DNA of 64,000 nt from Octopus sinensis (GCF_006345805.1 NW_021830458.1:1-64000), one strand, 5' to 3'; counted from the first letter of the stretch, positions 27,496 to 41,594 are shown. Numbers and translations: made by a program. Notes: generated from the sequence alone by a model not told the origin.

Positions 27496-27959
27496 GGTAT
27501 TTCAATGTAGAGAGCCGAAAGCATTGCTACTAAGCATTTTGTCTGATTGTTTCAAGTTTTGGCACCTGGCCAGCAATTTTAGAGGAGGGGAATAATCGAT
27601 TACATCGACCTCAGAACGCAACTAGTACTTATTTTATCGACCCCGAAAGGCAAAGTCGACCTAAGCAGAATTTGAAAGAACGTAAAATATCGGAAGAAAT
27701 GCCGACAATTCTGCCAGCTCTCTGTTTCAATGCGCACATTGATATTATATTATCAAATATAAAAATGTACAAATACGAGAGAGATCAAAGGGTATGGTTG
27801 ATGTTGTGGCGGTTATACATGTTTGTTTGGAGTTGGGGTTAACGTAAAACGATGCTCGTATCGTGTTGTTACCAATCAGAGAGATTACACTGTGTGGGAA
27901 GCTCCTCCTACGGCTTGGCTGATGCCAGACACGACTGACATTTCGACTTTTGACAGTGA

Positions 27960-27963
27960 TCAT

Positions 27964-27994
<31 letters not shown>

Positions 27995-28039
27995 ACCACC
28001 ACCACCACCACCACCATCACCACCACCACCTCCACCACC

Positions 28040-28082
<43 letters not shown>

Positions 28083-28186
28083 TTACTACTACTGCTACTA
28101 CTATCAGCACCACCACCATCACCACCACCATCACCACCACTACCACCACCTCCACCACCACCACCACCACCACCACCACCTCCACC

Positions 28187-28226
<40 letters not shown>

Positions 28227-28560
28227 TTACTACTACTGCTACTACTATCAGCACCACCACCATCATCATCCCCACCACCACCACCACCACCACCACCACC
28301 ATCACCGTCCCCACCACCACTACTACTACTACTACTACCACCACCACCACAACTACTACTACTACTACAACTACTACTACTACTACTACCATCACCCCGA
28401 CCATCATCACCACAATCACCACCGCGGCACCTACTACTCCACCATCATCACCATCATGACCAATATCAATACCATCCCTCCGCCGCCGCCACCACCACCA
28501 CCACCACCACCACCACCACCACCACATCCACCACCACCACTTGTACCATCAACACCAACA
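27960..28560. repeat. (CAC)/(TAC) trinucleotide array
   Basis: Visible; gives spurious poly-Thr/His/Tyr/Val ORFs. Confidence 0.95.
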
Positions 28561-29304
28561 CCACTCGTGCGGGACTCGTGTTGATTGTAGTGAATAAATG
28601 AATTACTAACAAAATAAATAAATAAAACACATACACAAAAACAACATAAAAACAAGGATTTTTTATATATATTTTTTTGTTGCAATATCAGAAAATAACT
28701 TCCATTTAAAGAAAACACACACACACACACACACACACATACACACATACACATACACACACACAAAGAAACCACACATAAAAAAAAGCTAAGAGCAAAA
28801 CAACAAAAAACCCAGAATACATTGCAAATGAGAGGTGTTAATCACATTATCGGATTGAGTAAGTAGAATGAAGTTGGCTATAAATACGAACACGAAGCAC
28901 AAGAATACTTGTATCCCGATATACTGTAATAACCAATGCAAGACTCCGTTGCCTTTTGTTTGTTACAGTTGCGATGAGATAGTATTTCTCTGCGATTTGT
29001 CCCTTTCTTATCATGAAATATTCATTTCAATATTTAAAATGTCTTGGTGCTACGCTTGACTTGGTAATCTGTAACCCTTATACGCTTTATTAAAATATTC
29101 TAATAAATAAGACATGCCAATAAAGGCGGACTTTTTCACTGGTTCGAAGAATTTCGATTTTCAATGAATAGTTACTTGCGTGATATCTGTTATTCCCAAG
29201 ACAATCTTTTGACCTTTGCTAGTAATATCGAGTGATATGGTAAAGGAGTGTTGCTAGAACAAGAACGAAGCAAGCTTTGGAAACAGACAGACATCGCCAA
29301 TGAA

Positions 29305-29492
29305 GTATGTATAGTGTATGTATGTATGTATTTATGTATGTATGTATGTATGTATGTATTTATGTATGTATGTATGTATGTATGTATGTATGTATGTATG
29401 TATGTATGTATGTATGTATGTATTTATGTATGTATGTATGTATGTATTTATGTATGTTAGTATGTATGTATGTGTGTATGTATGTATGTATG

Positions 29493-29524
<32 letters not shown>

Positions 29525-29919
29525 TGTATGTATTTATGTATGTATGTGTGTATTTATGTATATGCGCATGTGAATGTATGTACACACACATACACACACG
29601 TGAATATATGAATATATATGTATAGAAACTTGTATAAAATATATGTACGTATGATATGAATATGCGTGTATGCGTATATGCAAATATACAAGTACACTCA
29701 TATGAACACACGTATATATATATATGTAAATGTGTTTACAAGTGTACACACTTCTATGCATATATACATCCATATGTACGCCTGCATATGTGTATACAAT
29801 GTATATATATATATGTATGTATATATATATAGTATGTATATGTGTGTGTGTATAAGTATATATTTTTATACACACTGTATACGCATGTATATATATATAT
29901 GCATATATATATATTATAT

Positions 29920-29963
<44 letters not shown>

Positions 29964-30320
29964 CAACATACATTTATACACACATACGAACACAACCACC
30001 ACATACCCTTCTATCTCTTTCTCTCTTTCTTTCTTCTCTCTCTCTCTCCCCCCTCTCTCTCTCCCCCCTCTCCTCTCTCTCTATATATATATATATATAT
30101 GTGTGTGTATATATCAGGAAGGGTGTGTAGTTGTGTGTATATACGTGATTTCTATCATGAATAGCAAGAAGAAGAAGAAGAAGAAGAAGAAGAAGAAGAA
30201 GAAAAAGAAGAAGAAAGCGAAGAAGAACAGAAGCAACAAAAGAAAAGAAATAAGGTGAAGAAGAAGAAGAAGAAGAAGAAGAAGAAAGAAGAGAAGGAAG
30301 AAGAGGAAGGAGGAGGAGGA
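29305..30320. repeat. Compound (TATG)/(TA)/(CT)/(GAA) microsatellites
   Basis: Visible tandem repeats. Confidence 0.9.
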
Positions 30321-30864
30321 TGAACAGCGTGTGTCTGTCTGTTCTCACTCAAACTAGCAATACACACCGATCAATTATCAAGATCGAAGAACCATTATGT
30401 TTCAAGAAGGAAAATCCTTTTCAGCTGAGATATGTTGCACCATTATCAACACGCGTTGTTCCTTGTAACGATCAAGCAAAAGGTCAGTGTATGCGATAAT
30501 AATTCCATACATATTTATTGAGCTTGTTGTTCTGCCGTTGTTGCTGGTGTTGCTGCTGTTGATAATGGTGATGGTGATAATGGTGGTGATGTAAGACGAA
30601 TATGCGGAGATGGTGTAGCAGAGATATCGAGTCGTTTGCTCCGTGAGAGAATGTGAAAGATGGTGAGATTATTCTAAGGAGTGGAGCAATAGGAGTAATA
30701 AATATACGAGTGTGATTTCTTTTTTTTTCAAAATCCGTGCTATATCTGTAGTGAATAGTTAGTTGTCGCTGTGTCAATTTATATAGGTTTTAAATAAATT
30801 TACTATAAACGTACAATATTTGACTAGATTTTCGAGATTCGCGCTGTGTCTGCCGAGAAAAAAT

Positions 30865-31340
30865 AATAAATAAATGCGCCCGTTTAAAGCCTAGCCAGGC
30901 CCATGGGCCCGGCTTCCCGGTTTCTGTGGCGTATGTGTTCCCCAGCTGGACGTGACGCCAGTCCATCGCAGCGTTACTCATTTTTGCCAGCTGAGTGGAC
31001 TGGAGCAACGTGAAATGAAGTGTTTTGCTCAAGAACACAACGCGTCGCCCGGTCCAGGAATCGAAACCACAATCTTACGATCATGGTGCTGAGACCCTAA
31101 CCACTAATCCACGCGCTTCCACAAAAATAAATGCGCCCTTTTTAAAGCCTAGCCAGGCTCATAGGCCCGGTTTCCCGGTTTCTGTGGCGTATGTGTTCCC
31201 CAGCTGGACGTGACGCCGGTCCATCGCAGCGCTACTCCGTTTTGCCAGCTGACAATGCGTCGCCCGGTCTAGGAATCGAATCCACAATCTTACAATCATG
31301 GTGCTGACACCCCAACCACTAAGCCACGCGCCTCCACTCT
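30865..31340 (-). mobile_element. Two adjacent tRNA-headed SINEs with a V-domain-like core (group C variant)
   Basis: Minus-strand GCGATGGACTGGCGTCACGTCCAGCTGGG core; tail CTGGCTAGGCTTTAAA. The V-domain resemblance is from recall. Confidence 0.7.
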
Positions 31341-31642
31341 CGTCTGCCGAGAAGCCCTTATAAATTCTACCTACCTCATAGCTTCATATACGTCTCATAG
31401 TTGTGGTTTATTCAGGTCCCTTGTATTAAGTACCTTCACTATGTGTCTAGAATCATACTACGTCCGTAGCAAAAATAACAAGCTCTTGTTCTTTCAGCCG
31501 ATATAACTAACAATTTTGTTACGTTATTACCGTAGAAACACACTGCTTTTGTTTCAATTTAATTTGAAAATTACTAAGAATTTAATAAAACAACTTTGTC
31601 ATTATTAGGATGTTGTTTCAAACATAAATTAACAGGAAATTA

Positions 31643-31871
31643 GGGTGTCGAGCTGGCAGAAACGTTAGCACGCCTGGCGAAATGCTTAGCGGTATTTCGT
31701 CTGCCGCTACGTTCTGAGTTTAAATTTCGTCGAGGTCGACTTGCCTTTCATTCTTTCGGGGTCGATTAAATAAGTACCAGTTACGCATAGGGTTCAATGT
31801 AATCGACTTAATCTGTTTGTCTGTCCTTGTTTGTCCCCTCTTTGTAGCTCCTTCTGGGTAGTAAAGAAATA
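31643..31871 (+). mobile_element. Group B SINE with 18-bp TSD
   Basis: ATAAATTAACAGGAAATT at 31625-31642 and 31872-31889. Confidence 0.9.
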
Positions 31872-32204
31872 ATAAATTAACAGGAAATTTGAATGGAATG
31901 CTTTGATTTCGGTCACTTTAAAACAAAGTTCGTATCGTAGAACCAAGAGTGGTCTTTGGCGAATTGGGAGTTAAAGAGTGTTTCTGTGAAATGTTTGCAA
32001 AAGGTTTCAAGATCCGTTCTGTTATATTGCTAAAGACAATTAGCTTTCGCTGGCTTATTACACATTTTAAAATAGTTACCATGTTTGATTGCAATATCCA
32101 GAGTGAGGTTCATATATTCGTACTGTATTTGTGGAAAAGACACTTAGGTATTACTGTCTCAATCCATAATGATGTGCAGTTTTAAACATCTAACATGCAT
32201 TTTC

Positions 32205-32575
32205 TTCTCTTTTACTTGTTTCAGTCATTTGACTGCGGTCATGCTGGAGCACCGCCTTTAGTCGAGCAAATCGACCCCAGGACTTATTATTTGTAAGCCT
32301 AGTACTTATTCTATCGGTCTCTTTTGCCGAACCGCTAATTTACGGGGACGCAATTTATCGGTTGTCAAGCGATATTGGAGGGACAAACACACACACACAC
32401 ACATATATATACGACGGACTTCTTTCAGTTTCCGTCTACCAAATCCACTAAGAAGGCTTTGGTCGGCCCGAGGCTATAGTAGAACACACTTGACCAAGGT
32501 GCCCCGCAGTGGGACTGAACCCGGAACCATGTGGTTGGTAAGCAAGCTACTTACCACACAGCAATGCCTCCGCCC
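32205..32575 (-). mobile_element. SINE group A
   Basis: Family head and tail. Confidence 0.85.
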
Positions 32576-33154
32576 ACATGCATAAATATATCTACTTGGC
32601 GTTTCGAGAGCCGCATTGTGTCTGTGGCAAAGACACTCGGGTCTCGTTATCGTTTTAAATAGGTAACTTGTACTAATAAGTATCTTGTACTAATAGGTAT
32701 CTTGTACTAACTTGTACTGATACAATGGAGTACGTGTACTCGATGTAAATGGTAGGAGCATTGTAAATTTGCTGAATGTCTGCCTAACTTGACGTAATGA
32801 AGTGCAAACTCAAATATTAGCATAGAAATAATCTTGAGCCCTCTATACCCTCTTGACGTCAAAAAAATTAATCCTTCGATTGTGGATAAATTTAAAGCTA
32901 TTGATTTTATTTGTCATACCTCGGTCAGATAAATAAATGAAAATTAGTATCGCTTTGTTGGAAGGAGGGATGGGAAGCCGTGATGCTCATGCTTTTCCCA
33001 GAAGCGTTACTAGCAGAATTAAAGTCCAGTATTTGTTTTACATGAACCAGAAATCGTAATCTGACCCCCCCCCACCAATATCGTTTCACAGTGAATTTAA
33101 CTATTTGTCTTACATCGTTAGCTTGAATAAATGAATACTTATTATAAAGAAGGT

Positions 33155-34058
33155 TAAGGCGGCGAGCTGGCAGAGTCGTTAGCACGCCGGGTAAAATGCG
33201 TAGGAGTATTTCGTCTGTCTTCACGCTCCGCGTTCGAATTCCGCGTGGGGTTGACTTCGCTTTTCATCTTCACGAGGTCGATAAAGTAAGTGCCAGTCGA
33301 GTAGTGGGGTTAATGTAATCGACTTCCTTCCTTCCTTCCTTCCTTCCTTCCTCGAAATTGCTGGCCTTGTGCCAAAATTTGCAACCAGTAATTATAAAAC
33401 GGTTTGCTTTGACTAGATACAAGTACCTGAATGTTAATTAAAACTGACGTTATTAACATAGTGAAGGCGCGTGGCTCACTGGTTAGGGTATTCGGCTCAC
33501 GATCGTAAGGTGGTGAGTTCAATTCCCGGCGACGCGTTGTGTCCTTGAGTAAGACACTTTATTTCATGGTGGCCCTATCCACTCAGCAGGTGAAAATGAG
33601 TAGTATCTGTAGTTCAAAGAGCCAGCCTTATCACACTCTGTGTCACGCTGAATCTCCCTGAGAACTTCGTTAAGGTACACGTGCTCAGCCCCTTGCATGT
33701 TAATTTCACGAGCGAGCAGGCTGTTCTGTTAATCAGACAACTTGAATCCTCGTCGTAACCGACGGAGTGCCTGTTGGGTATTAACATAAGAGAAGTAAAA
33801 CCTCATAAGGAATCTACTATATACTTATTTCTTTATTACCCACAAGGGGCTAAACACAGAAGGGACAAACAAGGACAGACAAACGGATTAAGTCGATTAT
33901 ATCGACCCCAGTGCGTAACTGGTACTTATTTAATCGACCCCGAAAGGATGAAAGGCAAAGTCGACCTCGGCGGAATTTGAACCCAGAACGTAACGGCAGA
34001 CGAAATACAGCTAAGCATTTCGCATGCCGTGCTAACGTTTCTGCCAGCTCGCCGCCCT
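33155..34058. mobile_element. SINE cluster: B (+, 33155-33385), C (+, 33460-33772), B (-, about 33826-34058)
   Basis: Family motifs; the last copy is flanked by GGAATCTACTA on both sides. Confidence 0.8.
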
Positions 34059-34532
34059 GGAATCTACTACTTACTGTACTTGTGTCGGGTCACATTCTGC
34101 ACTAAGAAACCAGTATAGTTACATGTTACATGTAAATATATTTGTCACATGATTTTTATTAAAAACATGTCAATCAGTGTTGCCAGAGAAAGAATCGGAA
34201 ATGACAGCAATCAAGAAAGAATGGCATGGAAACTTTTCTCTAGTTTTTATTGACTTTGATGGCTTTCACATCCATAGAAAGATATATCTTAGTGGCAGAG
34301 CCTTCACCTGCTAGAGTTGCTGGTTCAAATTGGTGTGTCTTATGTGAATGCGTTTTCTTTTGAAATATATAATTTCTTAAACTAACTCTGAATTACTGGA
34401 GTAGATGACAATGCTTTTGTTCCTGTTGTTCCTGTTGTTGTTGCTGTGTTGCCCCAGGTCAGCCCTGATCGAACAGGCTCAAAGAATATGGCACACAGAG
34501 ATCCATCTTGCTTGTTATATTATGTTAACGCA

Positions 34533-34950
34533 AGGCGGCGAGTTGACAGAAACGTTAGCATGCCGGGCGAAATGCTTAGCGGTATTTCGTCTGCCTTTAC
34601 GTTCTGAGTTCAAATTCCGCCGAGGTCGACTTTGCCTTTCATCCTTTCGGGGTCGATAAATTAAGTACCAGTTACGCACTGGGATCGATGTAATCGACTT
34701 AATCCGTTTGTCTGTCCTTGTTTGTCCTCTCTGTGTTTAGCCCCTTGTGGGCAGTAAAGAAATAGGTATTTCGTCTGCCACTACGTTCTGAGTTCAAATT
34801 ACGCCGAGGTCGACTTTGCCTTTCATCCTTCTGGGGTCGATAAATAAAGTACCAGTTACGCACTGAGGTCGATGTAATCGACTTAATCCGTTTGTCTGTC
34901 TTTGTTTGTCCCCTCTATGTTTAGCCCCTTGTGGACAATAAAGAAATATA
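34533..34950 (+). mobile_element. Group B SINE tandem pair
   Basis: Internal AAAGAAATA|GGTATTTCGTC junction; TATGTTAACG repeated at both outer ends. Confidence 0.85.
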
Positions 34951-35411
34951 TTTTATGTTAACGTGTAGCTGCAGACTACACTGTTCACCCCAACGTGCAG
35001 CGATAAAATGTATAGGACAGCAATTTGCCAGTCAAGATATATTACACTCCCTCTATATAGATTCCGGTGTTGACCATAGTGAAGATGGACTTGGTTAGAA
35101 CGCAGCAATTGCTGTTCTCTTCTTCATTTAATGTTAGTGGTGTAACATAATAATCCTTTGTACTGTATGTACAAGGTTTAAAACTTTGGAGAAGTGGTGG
35201 CTAGTCCATTACATCGACTCCCAGTGCTTGACTGGTACTTATTTCATCGATAACGAAAGGATAAAAGGCAAAGTCGACCTCAGCAGAATTTGAACTTAAA
35301 ACGTAGAGACGAGTGAAATGCTGCCAAACATTTTGTCCTGCGTGCTAGCGATTCTGCCACCTCGCCACTTTAATGTAAACCATAACGATGATTTCAAATT
35401 TTGTTGTTTGC

Positions 35412-35655
35412 CCTTTTAAAGCCTAGCCAGGTTCATGGGCCCGGTTTCCCGGTTTCTATGGCGTATGTGTTCCCCAGCTGGACGGGACGCCAGTCCATGG
35501 CAGCGTTACTCATTTTTGCCAGCTGAGTGAACTGGAGCAACGTGAAATGAAGTGTTTTGCTCAAGAACACAACGCGTCGTCCGGTCCAGGAATCGAAACC
35601 ACAATCTTACGATCATGGTGCTGTCACCCTAACCACTAAGCCACGCGCCTCCACT
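35412..35655 (-). mobile_element. V-domain-like SINE (group C variant)
   Basis: Near-identical to the 30.9-31.1 kb copy. Confidence 0.75.
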
Positions 35656-35918
35656 TCAAATTTTTGTACCATCAGCAATTTTGGGGGAGAGGTAAATCGA
35701 TTACCTCGAACACTTATTTTATCAACTCCGAAAGAATAAAAGGCAAACTCGACTTCGGTGGAATTTGATCTCAGAATGCGAAGACGGATAAAATGTCACT
35801 AAACATTTTACCTGGTGCAAACAATTCTGTCCATCACACCACCTTAACACTAGCAGTAATAATCCTTTCTATTATAGGCACAATGCCTGCAAGTTTGGGG
35901 GAGAGGTGAGTCGATTAC

Positions 35919-37700
35919 ATCGACCCCAGTACTCCAGAAGGATGAAAGGCCAAGTCGACCTTGGCGTAATCTGAACTCAGAACGTAAAGACGGACGAAAT
36001 TCCGCTAAGCATTCTGCCCGGCGTGCTAACGATCCGGCCAGCTCACCGCTTTACTGCCATGAGTAATAATAAACCCACATATCTATAGTAGTGAAAAAGT
36101 ATAGAGGATTAGATCAGTTCCAATACTTAACTTACTGCTTCATCGACTCCACTACCTGACTGATACTTTATTTTATCAACATTAAAAGAATAAGAAGCAA
36201 AGTTGATCCTGACGAGATTTGAACCCAGAACGTAATAATTTTCCCAGCTAGTCACATTTTGGATGCCAATAGCAATAAAACCACAGATGTATACTGAAAT
36301 CAATTGCAATACCAAGCTTACTGCTTTTTACTCTCTCGACCTCGAAACAGCAAAACTCAAACCAATGAGGAGCGATTTGAACTCGGAACGTAAGGGAGCA
36401 TAACAAATATCCTTCAAGAACTTTATTATTTATTCCACTCCACTGAATTAACAATATCATTAACATATTGGAATTAATTTGTTAGACTATGTGTCAATCT
36501 CCTGAAAAGTTGGCTTTCTGCCTGGTCAAAACTAATTAGTATTGATCAAAAGCAAATCTAAAACTGACCTAAGAGATGACCAAGCTAATAGCCGTGCGAA
36601 TGGCCGTTTTCGTTTTTGTTTCAATGCTGTTAGTTATGGGTTCCGATCTAGATTAGTCGTTTTGCTTCTCCGATTCTGACTCATCCAGTGACTGTATATC
36701 GATATAAATACGCCAGCTCGCCGCCTTATATATCGATATAAATATCCTTTTCTACTCTAGGCACAAGGCTAAAAATTTTTGGGGAGGGGGCCAGTCGGTT
36801 AGATCGACCCCAGTACTCCAGAAGGATGAAAGGCCAAGTCGACCTTGGCGTAATCTGAACTCAGAACGTAAAGACGGACGAAATTCCGCTAAGCATTCTG
36901 CCCGGCGTGCTAACGATCCGGCCAGCTCACCGCTTTACTGCCATGAGTAATAATAAACCCACATATCTATAGTAGTGAAAAAGTATAGAGGATTAGATCA
37001 GTTCCAATACTTAACTTACTGCTTCATCGACTCCACTACCTGACTGATACTTTATTTTATCAACATTAAAAGAATAAGAAGCAAAGTTGATCCTGACGAG
37101 ATTTGAACCCAGAACGTAATAATTTTCCCAGCTAGTCACATTTTGGATGCCAATAGCAATAAAACCACAGATGTATACTGAAATCAATTGCAATACCAAG
37201 CTTACTGCTTTTTACTCTCTCGACCTCGAAACAGCAAAACTCAAACCAATGAGGAGCGATTTGAACTCGGAACGTAAGGGAGCATAACAAATATCCTTCA
37301 AGAACTTTATTATTTATTCCACTCCACTGAATTAACAATATCATTAACATATTGGAATTAATTTGTTAGACTATGTGTCAATCTCCTGAAAAGTTGGCTT
37401 TCTGCCTGGTCAAAACTAATTAGTATTGATCAAAAGCAAATCTAAAACTGACCTAAGAGATGACCAAGCTAATAGCCGTGCGAATGGCCGTTTTCGTTTT
37501 TGTTTCAATGCTGTTAGTTATGGGTTCCGATCTAGATTAGTCGTTTTGCTTCTCCGATTCTGACTCATCCAGTGACTGTATATCGATATAAATACGCCAG
37601 CTCGCCGCCTTATATATCGATATAAATATCCTTTTCTACTCTAGGCACAAGGCTAAAAATTTTTGGGGAGGGGGCCAGTCGGTTAGATCGACCCCAGTAC
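35919..37700. repeat. 884-bp direct tandem duplication
   Basis: 35919-36816 matches 36803-37700 in all segments I compared; identical ORF pairs are offset by 884. Confidence 0.95.
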
Positions 37701-38246
37701 GCAACTGGTACTTACTTTATCGACCCCGAAAGGATGAAAGGCAAAGTCGAACTCAGAACGTAAAGACAGACGAAATACCTATTTCTTTACTACCCACAAG
37801 GGGCCAAACATGGAGAGGACAAACGAAGACAGACAAACGGATTAAGTCGATTATATCGACCCCAGTGCGTAACTGGTACTTAATTTATCGACCCCGAAAG
37901 GATGAAGGGCAAAGTCGACCTCGGCGGAATTTGAACTCAGAACGTAATGGCAGACGAAATACCGCTAAGCATTTCGCTCGGCGTGCTAACGTTTCTTATT
38001 TCTTTATTGCCCACAAGGGGTTAAACAAAGAGGGGGACAAACAAGGACAGACAAAGGGATTGCTATTAATTGATGTGAGGGTAAGACTAAAAGATGACAA
38101 CTGTAGAAGTGGTGTCAAATATATAACGATGAATATAGTTCAACAATTGGATCTTTAGAACTACAAATATGGTGTTTAAAGCATCTCAAGATGGAAAAAA
38201 TTGAAGTTAAGATAAATTATGTGTTTCATGGTTCTCTTAAAGCTTC

Positions 38247-38393
38247 CGGTGGCTGTGTGGTAAGTAGCTTGTTTACCAACCACATGGTTCCGGATTTATT
38301 CCGGCACCTTGGGCAAGTGTCTTCTACTATAGCCTCGGGCCGACCAACTCCTTGTGAGTGGATTTGGTAGACGGAAGCTGAAAGAATCCCGTC

Positions 38394-38451
<58 letters not shown>

Positions 38452-38655
38452 ATGTGCTTGTTCCCTTCAACATCTTTTGATAACTGATTCTGGTGTGTTT
38501 ACGTCCCCGTAACTTAGCGGTTCGGCAAAAGAGACCGATAAAATAAGTACTGGGATTACAAAGAATAAGTCCTTGGGGTCGATTTCCTCGATTAAAGGCG
38601 GTGCTCGAGCATGGCCGCAGTCAAATGACTGAAACAAGTAAAAGAGTGAAAGAGT
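38247..38655 (+). mobile_element. SINE group A
   Basis: Family head, body and tail. Confidence 0.8.
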
Positions 38656-39088
38656 AACCACATTAAAATTTGTTAAAATTTTACCACTGTACATTATAGA
38701 TAATGTCCTAGATTTTATTTCATAGCTAAGAATGTTTACATCTTGGAGTAAAGAGGGAAATAAGAGACAACTCAGATTAGAAGACGCAAGAATACAGCTT
38801 TTAGAGATGTTGTTTCTAGAAATTGTACCGTCAATACTACCTGTCGATTGCGAGGAATACTGTTTCTGACCGTGGTATATGTCTTGCTCTGTTGTAGAAA
38901 TTGTCAACAGCTGGTTAATCAACTTGGTATTTGTATGAGAAATACAATTAGCAGTTGACTCATTAGTTCAGATTCCTTAATTGGGCATTTAATTAACGCT
39001 ACATAAAATAAACAGGAGTCATTAACGATGTTACTGAGAACACTTGAAATAATTAAATAGATAAAACTAAAAGACCTAAGCAGGTGTT

Positions 39089-39160
39089 GGGGATATAGCT
39101 CAGTGGTAGAGCATTCGACTGCAGATCGAGAGGTCCCCGGTTCGAACCCGGGTGTCCCCT
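39089..39160 (+). tRNA. trnC-GCA: tRNA-Cys (anticodon GCA), copy 1
   Basis: GGGGATATAGCTCAGTGGTAGAGCATTCGACTGCAGATCGAGAGGTCCCCGGTTCGAACCCGGGTGTCCCCT: 72 nt cloverleaf, A/B boxes, U discriminator, oligo-T terminator downstream. Confidence 0.97.
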
Positions 39161-39424
39161 TCTTTTTTTTTTATATCAGCCGCCTTCTTTCTTTTCTTTC
39201 GGTTTCTTCTCTCTATTTCTTTCTCTCTATCCGTCTCTTCTCTTTCTCTATCATTTGATTGCGTTGTTTTTTGCATTCGTATTTGCATATAGGTATATTG
39301 TAAAGAAAAAGGGCAAAATTGTAAAACCGGTAACGCATAGATTTTTTCTCTTCTCTAAACGTTTGTACTATTTGACGCCATCCCCTTGAGTCAGGTTGGT
39401 GTTCACGCCTATTATCTTTTTCTC

Positions 39425-39800
39425 TTTTTACTCTTTTACTTGTTTCAGTCATTTGACTGCGGCCATACTGGAGCACCGCCTTTAGTCGAGCAAATCGACC
39501 CCAGGACTTATTCTTTGGAAGCCTATATATTTGTGTATGTGTTTGTCTCCCCCAACATCTATCGGTCTCTTTGCCGAGCCGTTAAGTTACGGGGACGTAA
39601 ACAAACCACCATCTGTTGTCAAGCGATGTTAGGGGGACAAATACAGACACACAAACATATATATACACACACACACATATATATATACACATATACGACA
39701 GGCTTCTTTCAGTTTCCGTCTACCAAATCCACTCACAAGGCTTTGGTCGACCTGAGGCTAAAGTAGAAGACACTTACCACACAGCCACTCCTGCACCTTA
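39425..39800 (-). mobile_element. Rearranged SINE group A
   Basis: Family motifs with internal deletions. Confidence 0.75.
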
Positions 39801-40984
39801 TTCATTATTTTTCTGAAGAATCAAATTCTTCAGAAAAATATGCAACCCCATCTGACAATTTTCAAAGAAATCGTGGAATCTGCACGAACACTGCTTGTAG
39901 AAAGAATAATAGAATGATGATGACGGTGGTCTCTCGTTGTCCGAAAAAGACAGTTCTGCATTTTCTTGCTGAAGAACCTGCGGACATGACTGGTTTATAG
40001 TGATCACATGTTCGTGCCACACATTAGATCACTCCTTTCATCAAATCGACGTTGCCTGACCAGATGCACGGTTTTACCAAACGTCAGGTGTCGAAGTGAT
40101 CACAGAGCAATGTGAAGTGAAGTGTATTGCCCAAGAACACAACACACCATCAGGTGTAAGAATTGAAACCCCGATATCGCGATTGTGAGTGGAACACCCT
40201 TACCACTTGGCCATGCATCATCACAGAATAATGAAATAGTGAACCAGTTTGGGTGTAACTATTATAACAATGATCGGAATTGAAGATATGATCAAAATTT
40301 TTGAACTATGTTATCAAGATTAGCCGATACAAGCATCCAAACAGAAGCAAAGGCATTTATTAAAACGTCAAATTTCTACGTATACCGCCATTTTTGTTTG
40401 AAAGGCAGGCAGCCTTATTAGATGACAGGAAAAAACCAAACACTGCATGGTTTAACGACGTTCCTTTCCGGCTTCAGTTCAAAACTCAGCATGGTTCGAC
40501 TTCGACACTCATTATTCTAGGATCAAATACCTTTCTTCCCTGTGGTAACTAATTACAAGGGTTAAATATATTGGCACCAGACACAAAGGGGCCCACGTTC
40601 TCCCTTACTCAACATGGCCATGTGGCTATTTGTCGTCTGTTTATCTGCAAAAGTAATTCCTACATATAACATGAGAAAGAGAAAGACAAACGGAAGAGAA
40701 TGAGAAAAGTTGGCTTCTAAATTTCTTAACATAGTTTTATCATAATTAGTGAAAACAAATGATTCCACGTCCTACATAACTTACACACATACATATAAAC
40801 AAACTTTCTTTTCCTTCCATAAGGCTTCTCTAACATACGCATATGTAATGTGAAAAACAGTGAGAGAAGGAGAGATGGACAGAAGCTAACAGAGAAAGAG
40901 AGAGAGAGAGAGAGAGAGGGTGGGAGCGGATGGAAAATAAATAAGAAAAATATCCATAAAAATAATGATGGAAAGAAAAAGAGA

Positions 40985-41056
40985 AGGGGACACCCGGGTT
41001 CGAACCAGGGACCTCTCGATCTGCAGTCGAATGCTCTACCACTGAGCTATATCCCC
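40985..41056 (-). tRNA. trnC-GCA: tRNA-Cys (GCA), copy 2 (T-stem C>T variant)
   Basis: Reverse complement of copy 1 except CCTGG in the T stem (G-U pair); T-rich terminator. Confidence 0.97.
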
Positions 41057-41267
41057 AACTGCGACAAACAGAATATTTTAGCAAATATAAAGAGAACAAA
41101 CGTTCACAGTTATGCCCATCAATGTTTAGCATTTCTTTGATGTAAGGCTATTTTAATGACGAACCAACTGTTGTATCTATTTATGTTTTTTCCCACTGAC
41201 ACAATCTTGATAAACTTGTTGGGAATTTCTGTTGTAAACTACAACCATATCGTAGTCAGGTGTGGAA

Positions 41268-41590
41268 TACATACATACATACATACATACATACATACAT
41301 ACATACATACATACATACATACATACATACATACATACATACATACAAGCATGCATACATACAAGCATGCATACATACATGCACGCATACATACATACAT
41401 ACATACATACATAATACATACATACATACATACATACATGCATACTAACAAACAAACATACGTACATACATACATACATACATGCATACATACATACATA
41501 CATACATACATACATACATACATACATACATACATACATACATACATACATACATACATACATACATACATGCATACATACATTGAGGTA
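41268..41590. repeat. (TACA)n microsatellite
   Basis: Visible tandem repeats. Confidence 0.95.
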
Positions 41591-41594
41591 TACA

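Noticed and set aside
27823-28584. Mucin-like poly-Thr or poly-His/Tyr ORFs
   Set aside because: Pure trinucleotide array with no flanking coding context or splice signals recognised
39850-40030. Possible further mariner fragment (DNERP similar to DNARP)
   Set aside because: Single weak motif, no TIR or other transposase blocks
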